From positions 126,001 to 186,000 of the forward strand of contig MU058244.1 in assembly GCA_013265495.1 (NCBI GenBank): DNA of 60,000 nucleotides. The letters are read 5' to 3'. This document shows positions 35,500-48,830 of this stretch, in pieces. Position 1 is the stretch's first letter. Each line of letters starts with the position of its first letter. This stretch comes from Vicugna vicugna. Its lineage: Eukaryota. Below the pieces are notes generated by a model. That model saw only the letters and a program-made list of their open reading frames with translations. It was not told the DNA's origin and did no database searches. The translations under genes were made by a program, and so were the position numbers.

Positions 35500-38400
35500 G
35501 TGAGGACCAGTGCCAGGCAGGAAACCTAACTGTGGTGGCTGTGGGCGGACAAGTCTCTGAGCTAACCCCGGGGACCAAGTCATGAGGGGCCCTACAATAT
35601 CGCGAGATTTACCTCCAGGGGCTCGACCCTGTTCCATAGAAATATCAGAGAAAAATCCCCGGGGGCTTCCTGCAGGAGGAGGAGAAAAGGGATGATCCTG
35701 AGGTTGCTGGAGCACTGTGCTCTCCTTAACAAGGCCCTTCCTCCGGGGAAACCAGTTAACCAGAGCCAGATCTGGGGGTTTATCAGAGCCCAGCTGACCC
35801 AGGAGGGTACAGCCCGCACCCTCAGCCCTCTCCAGCCGTCCTGTCCCACCGAAGGGGGAGAAAGAGCAGAAGCACTCGGGAAGATCACCATCCGGGGGCT
35901 CAGGCTCGCTGAGGGTCCCTTACCCAGCACCTCGTGTCGGGCTGTCAGGAAGAAACGACCAGTCGCACGAAAGGGCAGAAAACACTGTCTGGAGAGTCAG
36001 AGCAAGCATCAGAGTCAGACCTGGCCAGACGCTGGGGTGATCAGACCAGGGGCTTATCGACAACGGTGAACCCACTAAGGGCTCCCAGGACAGAGCCATC
36101 AGCACACGGGAGCAGGTGGCAGGTGAGCAGAGCTGGGAGCTGAAGGAAGAACCAAGGAAGGCCCCCAGGACAGGAAACATAACAGAGGAGAGCGCCTGCG
36201 AGGGGCGAGTGGGCAGGCGGGACTCGGCCAGGGAGCAGCCTCAGTGCTCTTGGGGGTCTCCCCCGAAGCCTGCACGGTGGAGGAGCATGGAGAGCAGGTG
36301 GAGAAGACGGAGCACAGGGGCTGTGGGCCACCACGAGCGTGCCGCACGCAGAGGAGGGACACCAGGAGGAGGAGGGACGAAGGAGCAGAAGAAACAGGGA
36401 GACTGCGGGGAAGAGAGTTTCCCCAGCTGAAACCACAGCCCCAGGGAGCAAGGTGAGCACCCGGCAAGGTAAATGGGGAGAACCCACACCAGGCGCGTCC
36501 CCTTCAAATCACAGGCAATCGAGGACAGAGAAAGAGCCCAGGGGCCGGCGGAAAGACCCCCAGACTCAGGCAGGCGTCACACCGGCTCCGCAGACACCAG
36601 GCGGGAGCAAGAAACCACCAGCCTGAGTCCATATCCAGCAAAATCATCCTTCAGAGGGGAGGGAGAAATAAGGACCTTCTCAGACAAGCAAAAATTGGGG
36701 TATTTCTTTGAGAAACATGGGGGGCGGAGGGCAGAGGGCCGTTCTCAGAGGGCAGGAGGACGATGCAGGTAGGAAGCTCAGGCCTGCAGAGAGAAGGAGA
36801 GGGCCCTGGAGAAAAGGTAGGCGAAGGTAAATGAGACTTCCTTTCTGCTTGTTCCACAAACATTTATGATGCTGTAATGCGGTAGCTCTTGGTCGCTGCA
36901 GCACCAGGTAAGCCGAAGCAGAGCACTGAGCCAGGAGCACTAGGCTTTTCAACGTGAGAATGAAATACACGGGGGGAGTCGAAACAACGCCCAGCGCCTG
37001 GGGCGGCACGGAAAGGAGGCCTCCAGCGGGGAAGCCAGGCTCGCCCAGGAGCTCGCTCGTGCGGCTTACGGTAACGCACCTCTTTTCCTTCTCCTCAGTT
37101 GATCCAGCAGGCGTCGGCTTGTTCACAGTGCTAATGCCAGCAGCGTGTTCAGTTACGTGTGAATGTCTGTGCCCACGTGCGTGTCTGTGAGCCAGGCGGT
37201 GGCCGCAGTGCCTCCAGCGATGGGAGGGGCGGGGGGAGGGTTGCCTTGCTATTACAAGGCCTCACACCAGCCGTGAGTGCTCGGTGCCATTTGAAAGTGC
37301 ACTTGCATTGTTTGTAGGTGTGTATCGCACGCAAACTCCAGGGCAACCGCTGAAAAAAGTAAAAGAGAAGCATAACTGATTCCTAAGAAAGGAGAGAAGT
37401 GGAAGCGTGTGAAATGCTCAGCTAAACCCCCAAAAGGCAGGAACAGAGTGGAAGACGAAAGCAGGGAGACAGAACCAGGGTGACGAACAGAACACTGTGC
37501 CGACTGTGGTGGACACTGACCCGACGGTTTCAGCCGTCGCTCTGAGCACCAGCGGTCTGAATGCTGCCGCTCAGAGACAGAGATGTCAGAGTGGACCCCA
37601 AACAGGACCCCCTATGTGCGGTTTTTACGAGAACCCCGCTTTGAATAGAAAGACACAGAGACTCAAAGTGAAGAGATGGAGGAAAGACAGCCGGCTAGTG
37701 ACACTCGGCAGGAGAAAGCAGGGGTGGCCGTGCTAACCTCAGGCGGAGACGACCCCGGAGCCAGCGGAGCAAGGAGCGGGACGGAGGGCACGTGGGGAGG
37801 GGGGATCTGCTCTCCAGGAAGACGCTGCACCCTTGACACGGAGGGCGGGGGGGCCGAGGTGGGGAAGGATGGGCTTTCTGCGGATGGTTCTGGGACCACG
37901 TACCCTCTCACCACGAGTGGCAAGTGTGGTTTGGCTTCACACAAAGATACAGAACCCAACAGACAAATGCCTAAAAGTAAAAGAAAAGTAGAGTGGGTTT
38001 AGAGGAGTGTGACAGTGTAACTGCGTAACTGTGGCTGGGATGGAAGTCTTCAGGAATTTACAAAATAGTAGGCAAAAAAGGCAAAGACTGGTTGATTTGA
38101 TGCATAAGAGCGAAGAAATTCTGTTTCATTAAAAGCCCCCTTAAAAGGAGCAAGAGGCAACTGACAGGCAGGAGGAGATTTGCATACATGCAGCTGAGGA
38201 AGGAAGGCCCGGAGCCAGACTTTGATAGAAATCAGTGGGACGGAGCTCCGCACCTAACGCCGCCGCCGGGCGAGCGGCTCAGCAGAGAGGAACCAGACAG
38301 CATCAGACCTCGCTGGTCATCAGGAAAAATCGTTAAGGTCCCAGCGCAACGTCATTACTCACCGGCAGGTTGGCAGAGGTTGAAAAAGTGACCAGCCGAG

Positions 38401-38940
38401 TGGCTGCCCAGGGTGTGGGGCCCTCACGCCCCGCCGGGTGGGGACACTTGGCAGCTGCATTTCGGGAAGGCCTGGGGCCGGCCCCTCCGCTCCATTGTCA
38501 GGCCCAGAGAAATTCCCGAGCAGCGGGCTCAGGGACTTTTGTGGGAATGTCCACAGCGGTGTTATTTTTAAAGCAAAAAAGCTGGAAACAACCCAAACGT
38601 AACACTCAGAGCAGCGTGAACAACGTGTGGGGTATTTGCACAGCAGAGCCACCGACACCGGCAGGAAGGACTGGGCTCAGGGGACAAGCCGGGCACGGAT
38701 CACGGGAAGCACGATTTTGCTCATTAGGGAAGAAACGGGCAAGGCTAGCTACCTCGTGATCAAAGCACACAGAAAAGCAAGGCAGTGACCACCGGGAGGC
38801 CCAGGGCAGGGGGAGGAGGGCAGGAGGTCTGTTCCGTGTCTCCCCAGGGCGGGGGGCAAACATGGGGGTCCCGCCAGCGTGTGTGTGCAAATGCCACACG
38901 TGGGGTCTGAATTCACTCTGCCATGGGCACGACTCGTCTC
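35500..38940 (+). mobile_element. Ancient, internally deleted L1 (5'/ORF1, ORF2 start, 3' end)
   Basis: YPAKSSFRGEGEIRTFSDKQKL (ORF1 C-terminal domain, ~36630); PTVSAVALSTSGLNAAAQRQR (ORF2 endonuclease start, ~37520); ORF2 C-terminus/3'UTR motifs at 38040-38930. Confidence 0.75.
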
Positions 38941-40104
38941 CCAAGTTTGGGAAAACTAAACGTTAAGACAGAGGGAATTGATTCTGTTTCAAGCTGTGCT
39001 CAGCTGCCTCCCCCTGGCCCCACACAGCTGCTTCCTCCTGCCAGCTCTTGGCAGCCTCGTCCCCGTCCCGGAGCCCTCTCTCCACAGGTCAGATATCCCT
39101 CATCCTCCTTTCTCCCCAAGAGGCTTTCCCATTGACCTCAGCTCCCGCTAGCGAGTGCTCAGGGTCCGACCAGACACACAGGTGGAGGGGATGGGAGCCC
39201 GGCCAGGCCCCGCAGGGTAGACAGACCCTCCAGGAAGCGGGCTGTTCTGGCTGTCTTCCTGGGCCTTCAGGAGGGCCCCCACCTGCAGGGACCCGATGTC
39301 CCCAAATATGCCAGGAAGACATGCCAACCTGGGTTGTGGGCCGGGCCCCAGAGCGGACCAGGCTACCCGGGGTCTTGGGCCCAACTCACCAGACTGCACG
39401 TGCCAGGTGCCCTCTGCTCAGGGACCAGGATCACTGGAGCCAATTCACGGCTCCACAGCACAGACCGGGGGGCTAGGGCCGCCTGGGTCTGCTATGTGTG
39501 CCAAGGCTTCCTGACGTTCCATCCCCAGAGCAAATTGTTTGTTTAACTTTCAGAGAAAAAATAGCTATGAGTCAGCTTTGAGAAAACAGCCTGTGGGAAG
39601 GATACTGGGCTGGGGCAGTGCAGCTGCCTACCTGCTGGGCGACCTCCGGCCAACTCCACGGCCTCTCTGGGCCTCCCTCTGTGCGTCCCTAACCCTCCTG
39701 GGGCTGATGGCTCTGCTCTGGGCATCTGCTCCTGGCAGGAGAAGTGGGCTGGTCTCCCTCTCTGCAGGGGTGGGCCCAGTGGGGACAGATGGCCTTGGGT
39801 GGACAAATGGCACCTCAGGACCTGCAGGCTCCTTGGTATGTGGCTGGACCCCGCCCCCCTTCAGAAGTTCTCTCCAAACACTCAGGTCCACTGTCACCAT
39901 GCAGGTGGCCAAGAAGCCCCCTCAGGTGCCCCTACAGGAGTGGAAACCCTGAAGGACCCGGGAGTCTGGCCCAGGCCGGACCTGCTAGTCCAGGGACAGG
40001 GTGGACGGTGTGGAAGTGCTCCCGGGGTGGGGGCAGAGGGAAGCCCCTCTTCTCTTGGGGCCTGTCACAGGCTGAACCATGTTGCCCAGCCCGACCCCAG
40101 GGTC

Positions 40105-40390
40105 CCAGGTTGATGGCACTTGGGAATGGGGCTTCTAGGACGTTATTATGTTCAGTGGGTCATAGGATGGGGTTCTGATCCCATAGGACTGTGTCCTCAT
40201 CAGAAGAGGGGGAGGAAGAGCTGGTGCACATGACACAAGGTGGCACCTAGAGGCCAGGAATAGAGGTCCCACCAGGAAAGACCCTGATGGACCCTGATCT
40301 GGGACATCCAGCCTCCGGAATTTGAGAGAGAAATGTCTGTTGTTGGAGCTGCTGGGTCTGTGGTGTTTGTTTGGCAGCTGAGCTGACATG
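40105..40390 (+). mobile_element. MLT1A/B-like LTR
   Basis: gacatccagcctccggaa...gagaaatgtctgttgtt...gtctgtggtgtttgtt...gctgaca 3' LTR motif. Confidence 0.75.
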
Positions 40391-40491
40391 GCCTCTCAGA
40401 ACCTGAGTCCTGCTGGACCCCAAGGCCTCCTTCTTCCCGTCTGACCCACTGAGAAAGCTCCAGAATTCAAGCTCCAAAAACGTACAAAAGC

Positions 40492-40660
40492 ATGTTAGTT
40501 ATGTGTAGCTGTGTAACAAGTCACCCAGACCAGCGGTTTAAAAGGATAATAACCATTCCCTTTGTCTCTGGCTTCTGTGGATGGAATTGAGAGGGTCTCC
40601 CACCTGAGGAGTTGGGAAGAACAGCTCAGGTTCTCCTCATCATCTGCAGGTTTGATCCAG
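40492..40660 (-). mobile_element. MLT1-type LTR fragment
   Basis: tgttagtta...gctgtgtaacaagtcaccca...ggtttaaaa...ttctgtgg. Confidence 0.5.
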
Positions 40661-40666
40661 GGGGTG

Positions 40667-42388
40667 CTGATGATGGTGATGGTGGTGATGTTGATGATGA
40701 TGGTGGTGATGGTGATGGTGGTGGTGATGTGATGATGTGATAGTGGTGATGGTGATGGTGGTGGTGGTGATGGTGGTGGTGATGATGGTGGTGGTGATGA
40801 TGGTGATGATGGTGATGGTGATGATGTGATGGTTGATGGTGGTGATAATGGTGGTGATGGTGGTGGTGATGATGGTGGTGATGGTGATTATGGTGGTGGT
40901 GATGGTGGTGGTGATGATGGTGGTGGTGATGATGGCAGTGATGGTGATGGTGATGATGTGATGGTTGATGGTGGTGATGGTGGTGATGGTGGTGGTGGAG
41001 ATGATGGTGGTGGTGATGATGGTGATGATGGTGATGATGGTGATGGTGATGATGTGATGGTTGATGGTGGTGATGGTGGTGGTGGTGGTGATGGTGGTGG
41101 TGATGATGGTGATGATGGTGATGGTGATGATGTGATGATTGATGGTGGTGATGATGGTGGTGATGGTGGTGGTGATGATGTTGGTGATGGTGATTATGGT
41201 GGTGGTGATGGTGGTGATGGTGATGATGGTGGTAATGATGGTGGTGATGATGATGGTGGTGGTGATGATGGGATAGTGGTGATGGTGGTGGTGGTGGTGA
41301 CGTTGGTGGTGGTGATGGTGGTGATGGTAGTGGTGATGGTGATGATGGTGATGGTGATGATGTGATGATTGATGGTGGTGATGATGGTGGTGATGGTGGT
41401 GGTGATGATGTTGGTGATGGTGATTATGGTGGTGGTGATGGTGGTGATGGTGATGATGGTGGTAATGATGGTGGTGATGATGATGGTGGTGGTGATGATG
41501 GGATAGTGGTGATGGTGGTGGTGGTGGTGACGTTGGTGGTGGTGATGGTGGTGATGGTAGTGGTGATGGTGATGATGGTGATGGTGATGATGTGATGGTT
41601 GATGGTGGTGATGGTGGTGATGGTGGTGGTGGAGATGATGGTGGTGGTGATGATGGTGATGATGGTGATGATGGTGATGGTGATGATGTGATGGTTGATG
41701 GTGGTGATGGTGGTGGTGGTGGTGATGGTGGTGGTGATGATGGTGATGATGGTGGTGGTGATGATGAGATGATTGAGATGGTGGTGGTGATGATGGTGGT
41801 GGTGATGATGGCAGTGATGGTGATGGTGATGATGTGATGGTTGATGGTGGTGATGGTGGTGATGGTGGTGGTGGTGGTGATGGTGGTGGTGATGATGGTG
41901 GTGGTGATGATGGCAGTGATGGTGATGGTGATGATGTGATGGTTGATGGTGGTGATGGTGGTGATGGTGGTGGTGGTGGTGATGGTGGTGGTGATGATGG
42001 TGGTGGTGATGATGGCAGTGATGGTGATGGTGATGATGTGATGGTTGATGGTGGTGATGGTGGTGATGGTGGTGGTGGTGGTGATGGTGGTGGTGATGAT
42101 GGTGGTGGTGATGATGGCAGTGATGGTGATGGTGATGATGTGATGGTTGATGGTGGTGATGGTGGTGATGGTGGTGGTGGTGGTGATGGTGGTGGTGATG
42201 ATGGTGGTGGTGATGATGGCAGTGATGGTGATGGTGATGATGTGATGGTTGATGGTGGTGATGGTGGTGATGGTGGTGGTGGTGGTGATGGTGGTGGTGG
42301 TGATTGATGGTGGTGATGGTGGTGATGATGGTGGTGATGGTGATAGTGGTGGTTATGGTGGTGATGATGACGGTGGTGATGATGGTGG
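40667..42388 (+). repeat. ~1.7 kb (GAT/GGT)n trinucleotide array with 230-bp and 102-bp higher-order units
   Basis: Directly visible. A block starting at 41131 is repeated at 41361; 102-bp units start at 41831, 41933, 42035, 42137 and 42239. Confidence 0.95.
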
Positions 42389-42494
42389 CTCTAAGAACAG
42401 CAGTGAGGACAGCAGACACCCCGGAGTCCTGACCGGCCAGGCTCATGATCATCTTTCATGATAACTCATTTCTCCTCATGGCTACTCTATGAGT

Positions 42495-42665
42495 AGTTTG
42501 CAAGCTTTGCTGTAAACAGAGAATCACGTGGGAGTTTTCACAATTCTGAAGCCCAGGTCACAGCCCCATCAGTTAGGGCTGCATGTCCGGGAGTGGGACC
42601 TGGGCATCAAGTCTTGCTCAGGACCCCGGGTGATTGCATGTGCAGCAAAGCCGGAGACCCCTGAG
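42495..42665. mobile_element. MER5A-like hAT-Charlie MITE
   Basis: gaatcacgtgggag...gcccagg...gtgggacctgggcatc...ggtgattgcatgtgcagc...gagacccctg. Confidence 0.6.
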
Positions 42666-45214
42666 TGGGGCACTCCCTGTGCTGACAGTGAGAGGCTGGG
42701 GGAGCCAGAGTTGCACCCCAGGTCACCAGATTCCTGAGCCAGGGCTCTTGACCTCTATGCTGCCGTGTAAGACGGAGGACAGGTGGCCCTCCTGGCCCAG
42801 CCTGACACCTTCCATGGAGAGGACATGGCTATAGGAGGACCTGCTGTGGACAGAGCTCCAAGACCCCCATGGCTCTGCATCATGCTCCAGGAGACAGGGG
42901 GCAGTAGTGGGGTTCAGGACAGCCCCAGAGGGTAGGGAGCAGGGCCCTCTTTTCTGGAGTTCCTTACAGACTTCAAAACTTGCTCTTCTCCAAAGATGAG
43001 CAGGGGGCTCAAAACTTCCCCAGCCAGGACTTAACCTCATACCTAGCGATGCTTGTGCAAATGGAGTCCTGCTTCTTAAGGACAGAAGCCCCAGTCAAGA
43101 CATTCATTTATTAAGCACCTACTGTGTGCGAGCCTTAGCACGAACGGTCTTACTAGGGCCATCTCCTGGGACCCTCCTGCAAGTCACTGAGGCGGGCACT
43201 GAGTGGCCTCTGCTGTTTAGAGAAGGTGATGTAGGACGTGCTCAAGGCCATCCTGCTTGAGAAAAGAGACAGGGACCTGGCCCCAGGCCTCCGTCTCGAG
43301 CCCAGGCTGTCCCTTCCTGGGGCCTGGGGCTAGTGCAGGACGCGGCCCATTGAGGTGCACACCCTTGGAGACTGAATTCAGCCTTACGCTCCCTCCTGGC
43401 ATCCACTCCCTGGCAACTGGCACAGCCTGGAAAGAATGTTCCAGAGCCTGTTGGCATCTGGGGCTCGTCCTGAGGGCTTTCCCTGTGGGCACTGTGCCCA
43501 CACCCCCGGGGAGTCTCGGATCATGAGAGCCGGACCAGCAGCCAGATGCCTGCTCCCTCCCTGTCCCCGTTTGCCCTGTGCAACTCGGAGTCACCCAGAC
43601 TCCTCAGAAACCAGGACCAGCTGCAGCACAGGGCAGAGGGCAGAGGGCAGGGGGCAGGCGCAGAGGGGTGACCTGACCTGAGCTCCTCCTTCGCCTGGTC
43701 GGGAAGCGGGAAACCCTGCCCTGCTGGCATCTCTGTTGGGTGGGTGTCACAGACACCTGTGGCTGTGTCGTCACCTGGCCCTGGGACCCTGACCACTTCT
43801 CCCTCCTCTTTCCACCTTTCAGAGTCTCCCGCGTGGCCTGGAATGGACCCCAGACCCCGTCCTGGCCCCAGGCTCTGCTTCATCTCAGACACTATCATCA
43901 AGCCCAGGTCTGCAGAGGTGTGGCTGGTTGCCCTCAGGACCAAGTCCACAGGCCAGAGAGTCCAGAGGTGCTTCTGTTCCCCTCAGTAGGCCTCGGCCAC
44001 ACAGCAGGGCAGGTGAAGGGTGCCCTGTGGTCCCTGGTTCCTGGATTCTTTGCTGATTGGTTGAGAATCTGAGCCACTGTCCTGGGGAAGGGCCTGTTTG
44101 CAGCAGGAACCCACTCCCAGGCCAGGAGGGTGTCCAGCGCAGCCTCCCATCCCTGAGATGTGCAGACCAACCTCCACGGGCCCTGGCTTCTGTCCACAGG
44201 TCCTGGCCCCCAGGAGGGGTCCCAGTGCTGGCCGCAGAGCCATCCTCAGTCAAATGAGTGGGGAGGGGAGGATGCCTGCCTTTACCGTTGTGATTATTCA
44301 GGTTAAATTAAACCAGAAGCCCAGAATTCCTCCAGATGCAGCCAGAAGCAGGAAGAGGAAATTGGTTTTCTCAAGCCTCGCAAGAGAGCTGGGGAGGCAG
44401 AAGCTTCCCTTGCTGCTGTGGCCCCGATGCCGAGGGGCGGGGGCCTCCGCCGGCCTGCACACCCTGCCCTCCTGCGAGGGGCTCCTGGGAGGCGGTGCAC
44501 CCAGGCCTGTCATCCACGTGAGGAGCCGAGGGCCCAGGAGGAATGAGGATCCCCGCCTGGCAGGACACTGGGAAGGGACCAGGTGCACAGGCCAGTCCTG
44601 GCCCAGCCAGGTGGGGCCCCTTGCACTGACTACTTGGGGAGAAGTCACTGAGGACCCCAATCGAGGCTTTCAGTTAAAACCCCTTCCTTCATCCAGTCCT
44701 GCAGTGAGTCTGGCTGTAGCTCCACGAGTCACCCGGAGGGATGCAGCCAGGAAAAGTCAAACTGCCCTGGAGGCTTCAAAGCCCCAACATCTGACATGGT
44801 CCGCAATTGCAACACCCACCATGGCAGCGGGGGGGCCCTGGCTAAGAGCAGGGTAGAGGTCACCCAGCCACAAGCCAGCTGAAGGCCCTGGGACATCTGA
44901 ACCCACTGGCACCGGGTCTCCTGCGGTCCCCTCCCACTGCCGATGCCCTCCACGACCTCTGCAGCGCTCCCGCACCCCTAGAAGTATCTGGTGACTCACT
45001 CTGGTGCTCGGTCCTCAGTCCCCAAAGCACCCCCACCCTGAGCCCCCAACCCCATAAAGTCACCCTGACAATGCAGTGGGCGGCGGGACTCTGGCATCTG
45101 ACCCGTCATTCGAGGCAGTGTCTTCATGAGTTCTGGGCTGCCGCTCTGGGCCACCTCTGCCCTTCCCTGCCCTCTTCTCTCCTGCATGTCTCCTCCCCAT
45201 CCTCTTTCTCCATC

Positions 45215-45800
45215 ACATATAATAGCTCACGATTTTCTCCACATTAGCTGAAAAAAAAAAAAAAAACAAGAAAAACAAGAAGAAAACCCCAGAAACTATC
45301 ACCATGCAATTCTGTAAAAAGTCAGAATGGTAGAAGTCATCCACAGAAAATAAAATCCACACAAACTGAACTGCCTGCTTAAATTTTGCTTTGTTCTAAG
45401 TGGAGAGAAAATTGTGCAAAATTTGACCCAGAAAAAGCAGACATTGGTGTCTGCAAAGATGGAAAGGGGGCAAGTGAGGGGTCCTCAGTGATCTGTCCTT
45501 GGGTGTCCCCCAGGTCCCTGAAGACCCCCTGAGAGAAGCTCTAATCAGAAAAACTCATACGAACAATGAATGATGAAGAAATCATATTTTTTTGTAAATT
45601 GAAATGGAGGAGAAGTGATTGCTATGAATAGAATTTCAGTGGAATGAGAAAAAGCTAACTGGAAACTGTTTGATTTCAAGCTTAGACGATTGACAAGGAT
45701 TAATTATATTGGATTAATAGAGTTTGCTCTGGAAAAGTGTTTTTTTGTTGAACATTAGTCAACGAAGGCAAGGTCATAGTAACATTTTTTGTATTCAAAT
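45215..45800. promoter_or_regulatory. AT-rich non-repetitive island (candidate conserved enhancer)
   Basis: GATTGACA at 45688-45695 followed by GGATTAA at 45697-45703 and 45711-45717; sharp AT contrast with the flanks. Confidence 0.4.
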
Positions 45801-45831
45801 GTCACTGGGGTCCCCACAGCTTCACTCTCTG

Positions 45832-46045
45832 CAACACATGCACATACCATAAACACACACACACCCCTGCACACATGGTACACACATCCACACAACATCC
45901 GCATACCTGCACACACCTGCATACACCATACACATGCAAGCACACCATTCACACATGCACATAGTGACACATGGTGTAGATGTGCACACACTGCACACAG
46001 ATGCACACACTGCACACATGGCACAGACATACACATGCATGCACA
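45832..46045. repeat. CA-rich low-complexity repeat
   Basis: Directly visible. Confidence 0.85.
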
Positions 46046-48529
46046 GACTCCCTCTCCAGGCTGGGCTCTGCCCTCCATCTCTTACTGGACGTGTGCCCGC
46101 TTCGGGGTCGGGGACCAGCCTGAGTCCTGGCTGTCCTCCCGGCTCTGACCTCAGTCCTTGTCTGGGTTGGGTGAGTCCTGAGTCTTGTCAGTGTCCCTGC
46201 TGCCCCTCTGGGTGAAGCTGTGAAGCCATTTTCCCTAGGAATTTGTCCGTTCCACCTAGAATGACCATCTCATTGGCATAAACTAGAATCATATTATTAT
46301 TATGTAATATTATAAAAAATGTAATTAATTGGTATAAGGTATAAAAATGACACCTGTGAGGCCCCTGGCAGGAGGCACCCGCTCGGCGGCCCAGGCCCCC
46401 CACTGGCCACCACCAGACTACTCAGCGCACACACACTGCCCACTCCCAGCCTGTCCCCAAAGATCACCCTCCATGGGGGCCCCTCTGCTCCTGGGCAACC
46501 TTGGCTGTCCCCTGGCTGTCCCAGGAAAGGACTCAGCCTGGACCCCCTCTGATGGCCTGGCTTCTCCCAGCCCAGAATGGACAGTCTGTACTCTGAGGTC
46601 TGACCCCAGCTGCTTCCACTCGCCGTGTGCCCTCCGCTGGGGGCTGGGGGGGACCCTGGGGCCCGCGGGGGGCAGGTCTCTGGAATAAGCTCCATCTGCA
46701 GAAGAGTTGGGGAAGCTTCACCTGGGGTGGGGTGTCCATGTCCTCCTCCCCCCCAGCATACACCCCATGGCAATTACAAGGCTCAGCTGGGGCATGGGGG
46801 GGCCTCTTTTGACCGTCCCCAGAGCTCTGCCACCATCCGGCGAGGGCCCACTGCCCTCTGTCACTGTCCACTGGCTGTGTGGTCATCTGAGCACCCGTGT
46901 CCCTCCAAAGGGCAGGGAGACGGCCCATCCGGGCTCCTGGGCTGGGCCCGGTGCCAGTGTCACCCGTGAGAGAATGTGTGAAGCTGTGGCCTGGCCTGGG
47001 CTCACCAGGAATGATTAACTCCCCGCCCTGAGCACTTTGTTTCTCCCGGGCTGGGGCCTGGGATGGGTATAGCCTCTACCCTCTCGCAGCCCGTCTTATC
47101 TCCCCCAGGCCTCCCTCTGTTTGTTCTGACGTTAGAGTAGGGTTTATCTCCTGCTCTCAGAGTGTCAATAAAACCCCAGACCCTGCTGAGAAGCCTCTCC
47201 AGGGTCCTGGCCTCTGGGGGTGGGCTGAGGGGTCACAGCCCGCAGCACAGAGGGGAGGGGAGGGGAGGGGAGGGCCCCCCCGGAGCCAAAGCTCCAGGGG
47301 TCCGAGGGTCCCACCGAGGCTGCAGGGGCAGCTGCCACTTACTTTTAAGGGCGCAGGGGCCGAAAGCCCAGCAGGCCAGCCCCACCTCAGGGTTTCAGAA
47401 GCAGTGGCATGTGGGTGGGCAGGGCGAAGATGCCAGCCTGCCCTCCCGGCACTGCCCAGCCCTGGTGGTCCAGGGCCTCTTGGCAGAGCTGGGACCTGCC
47501 AGTGGGCCTGGTTTATACAGCACTTGCTCCCTGAGGGCTGGACAGCGAAGTTGCTCTTTTCCCAAAAAGAACGCACCCTTCTTGCTCGGGTGAGCCTCTG
47601 GGGGTGGGGCTGCTGAGTGATGAGGCTTGGGGAGAGCAGACAAAGTTTAAAGCCCCGGGCCAAGGGGACACACCCTCTCCTCCACCTGGACTGGGGCCTG
47701 GAGCCAACCCCACTGTCGCTGCTCCTGGGCCTCATCCTCCTTGTCTGGGCCCCAGAGGCCCCGCCTGTCAGGCAGCCAGGCCCCGTGGAGGGTAAACTCC
47801 CAGACCTGCCCGCCGGGACCACCCCCACGGCCCCGAGCCAGGCACACAGGGGCCAGAAATGGGGCAGGTGCCATGGGAAGTCCGATTAGACTCCCGTGGA
47901 TCTGGAAACGCAAACACTGATAGGAGCCGGGAGACTGAGCGCTCTCTGCCGTGAGGTATGATGTCACCTGCGGCACCTGTTTCTGGTCGGAGCTGTGGGA
48001 ACAGGCGGGTGTGTCCATGCACTGGCACTGCCCAGAGCAGTGATAGGTGTAATCGCCTGGGGGCTCCGGTCGGGGCCCTGGAGAGACAAAGCCAGAGTGT
48101 GTGCAGAGCTGGGTCCCGGCCTGCTGGGCTCGCCAAGCCCAGCTGGCCCAGCCCCGCCTGGCCAGCAGACACAGGGCCAAACAGGGCAGCTCTGGGCCTC
48201 CCGGAACTTATCTTGAGTCAATAGGATGCCGGGCGATGGTGGAGGCTGTTGACCAGGCCAGAGACAAGGGCCGCATTCAGGCCACAGCCTGTTTCCAATG
48301 AGCTCAGCTGCTCCACAGCTGGGGCCAGGGACGGGCTCGCACCCCACCCGCCAGGGCTGTTTTCCCCACTGACTCCCCCCGGGCTGGGGTGCTGGGAGGG
48401 GGAGCCCTCAGGCGAGGCGCGCCTGGAGCAGGTGCCGCGAGGGGAAGCTGTCAGGGGGCCAGGGAGCTGCCCACCACGGGTGGCCTGAGGAGGCTCAGTG
48501 GCCACGTCCCCTGCGTTCCCTGCAGGACG

Positions 48530-48830
48530 CTGGTTCCGCAACAGGTTTTGCAAAAAAACACTTGCTGGTCAGGAAACCTGGGGAGGGAGTGAGAGCCCCT
48601 GGTACTGCCGTGGGAGCTGCCCGTGTGGGTCTGCGGGTGGACGTGGAGCTGGTGTCCTGTCTCCGCAGGCAGGCGGCTCAGGACAGGCTGTCCGTGTGTC
48701 TGTCCATCTGGGCCAGCTTCTCAACTGTGGACATGCCGAGGGGTTGCCTGAAGGTGTCCATGAGCACAGCTCTGCCTCCGGGCAGAGCCTGGGGTTCTGC
48801 TCTCCCCACGAGCTCCTGAGATGAGGGTGC
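48530..48830. mobile_element. Possible old MaLR LTR fragment
   Basis: gggttgcctgaaggtgtccatgagcacagc and ggtcaggaa motifs; weak match. Confidence 0.3.

Noticed and set aside
40826..42461. Poly-His and Asp/Gly-rich ORFs
   Set aside because: Direct read-out of the (GAT/GGT)n repeat; frames break at repeat irregularities.
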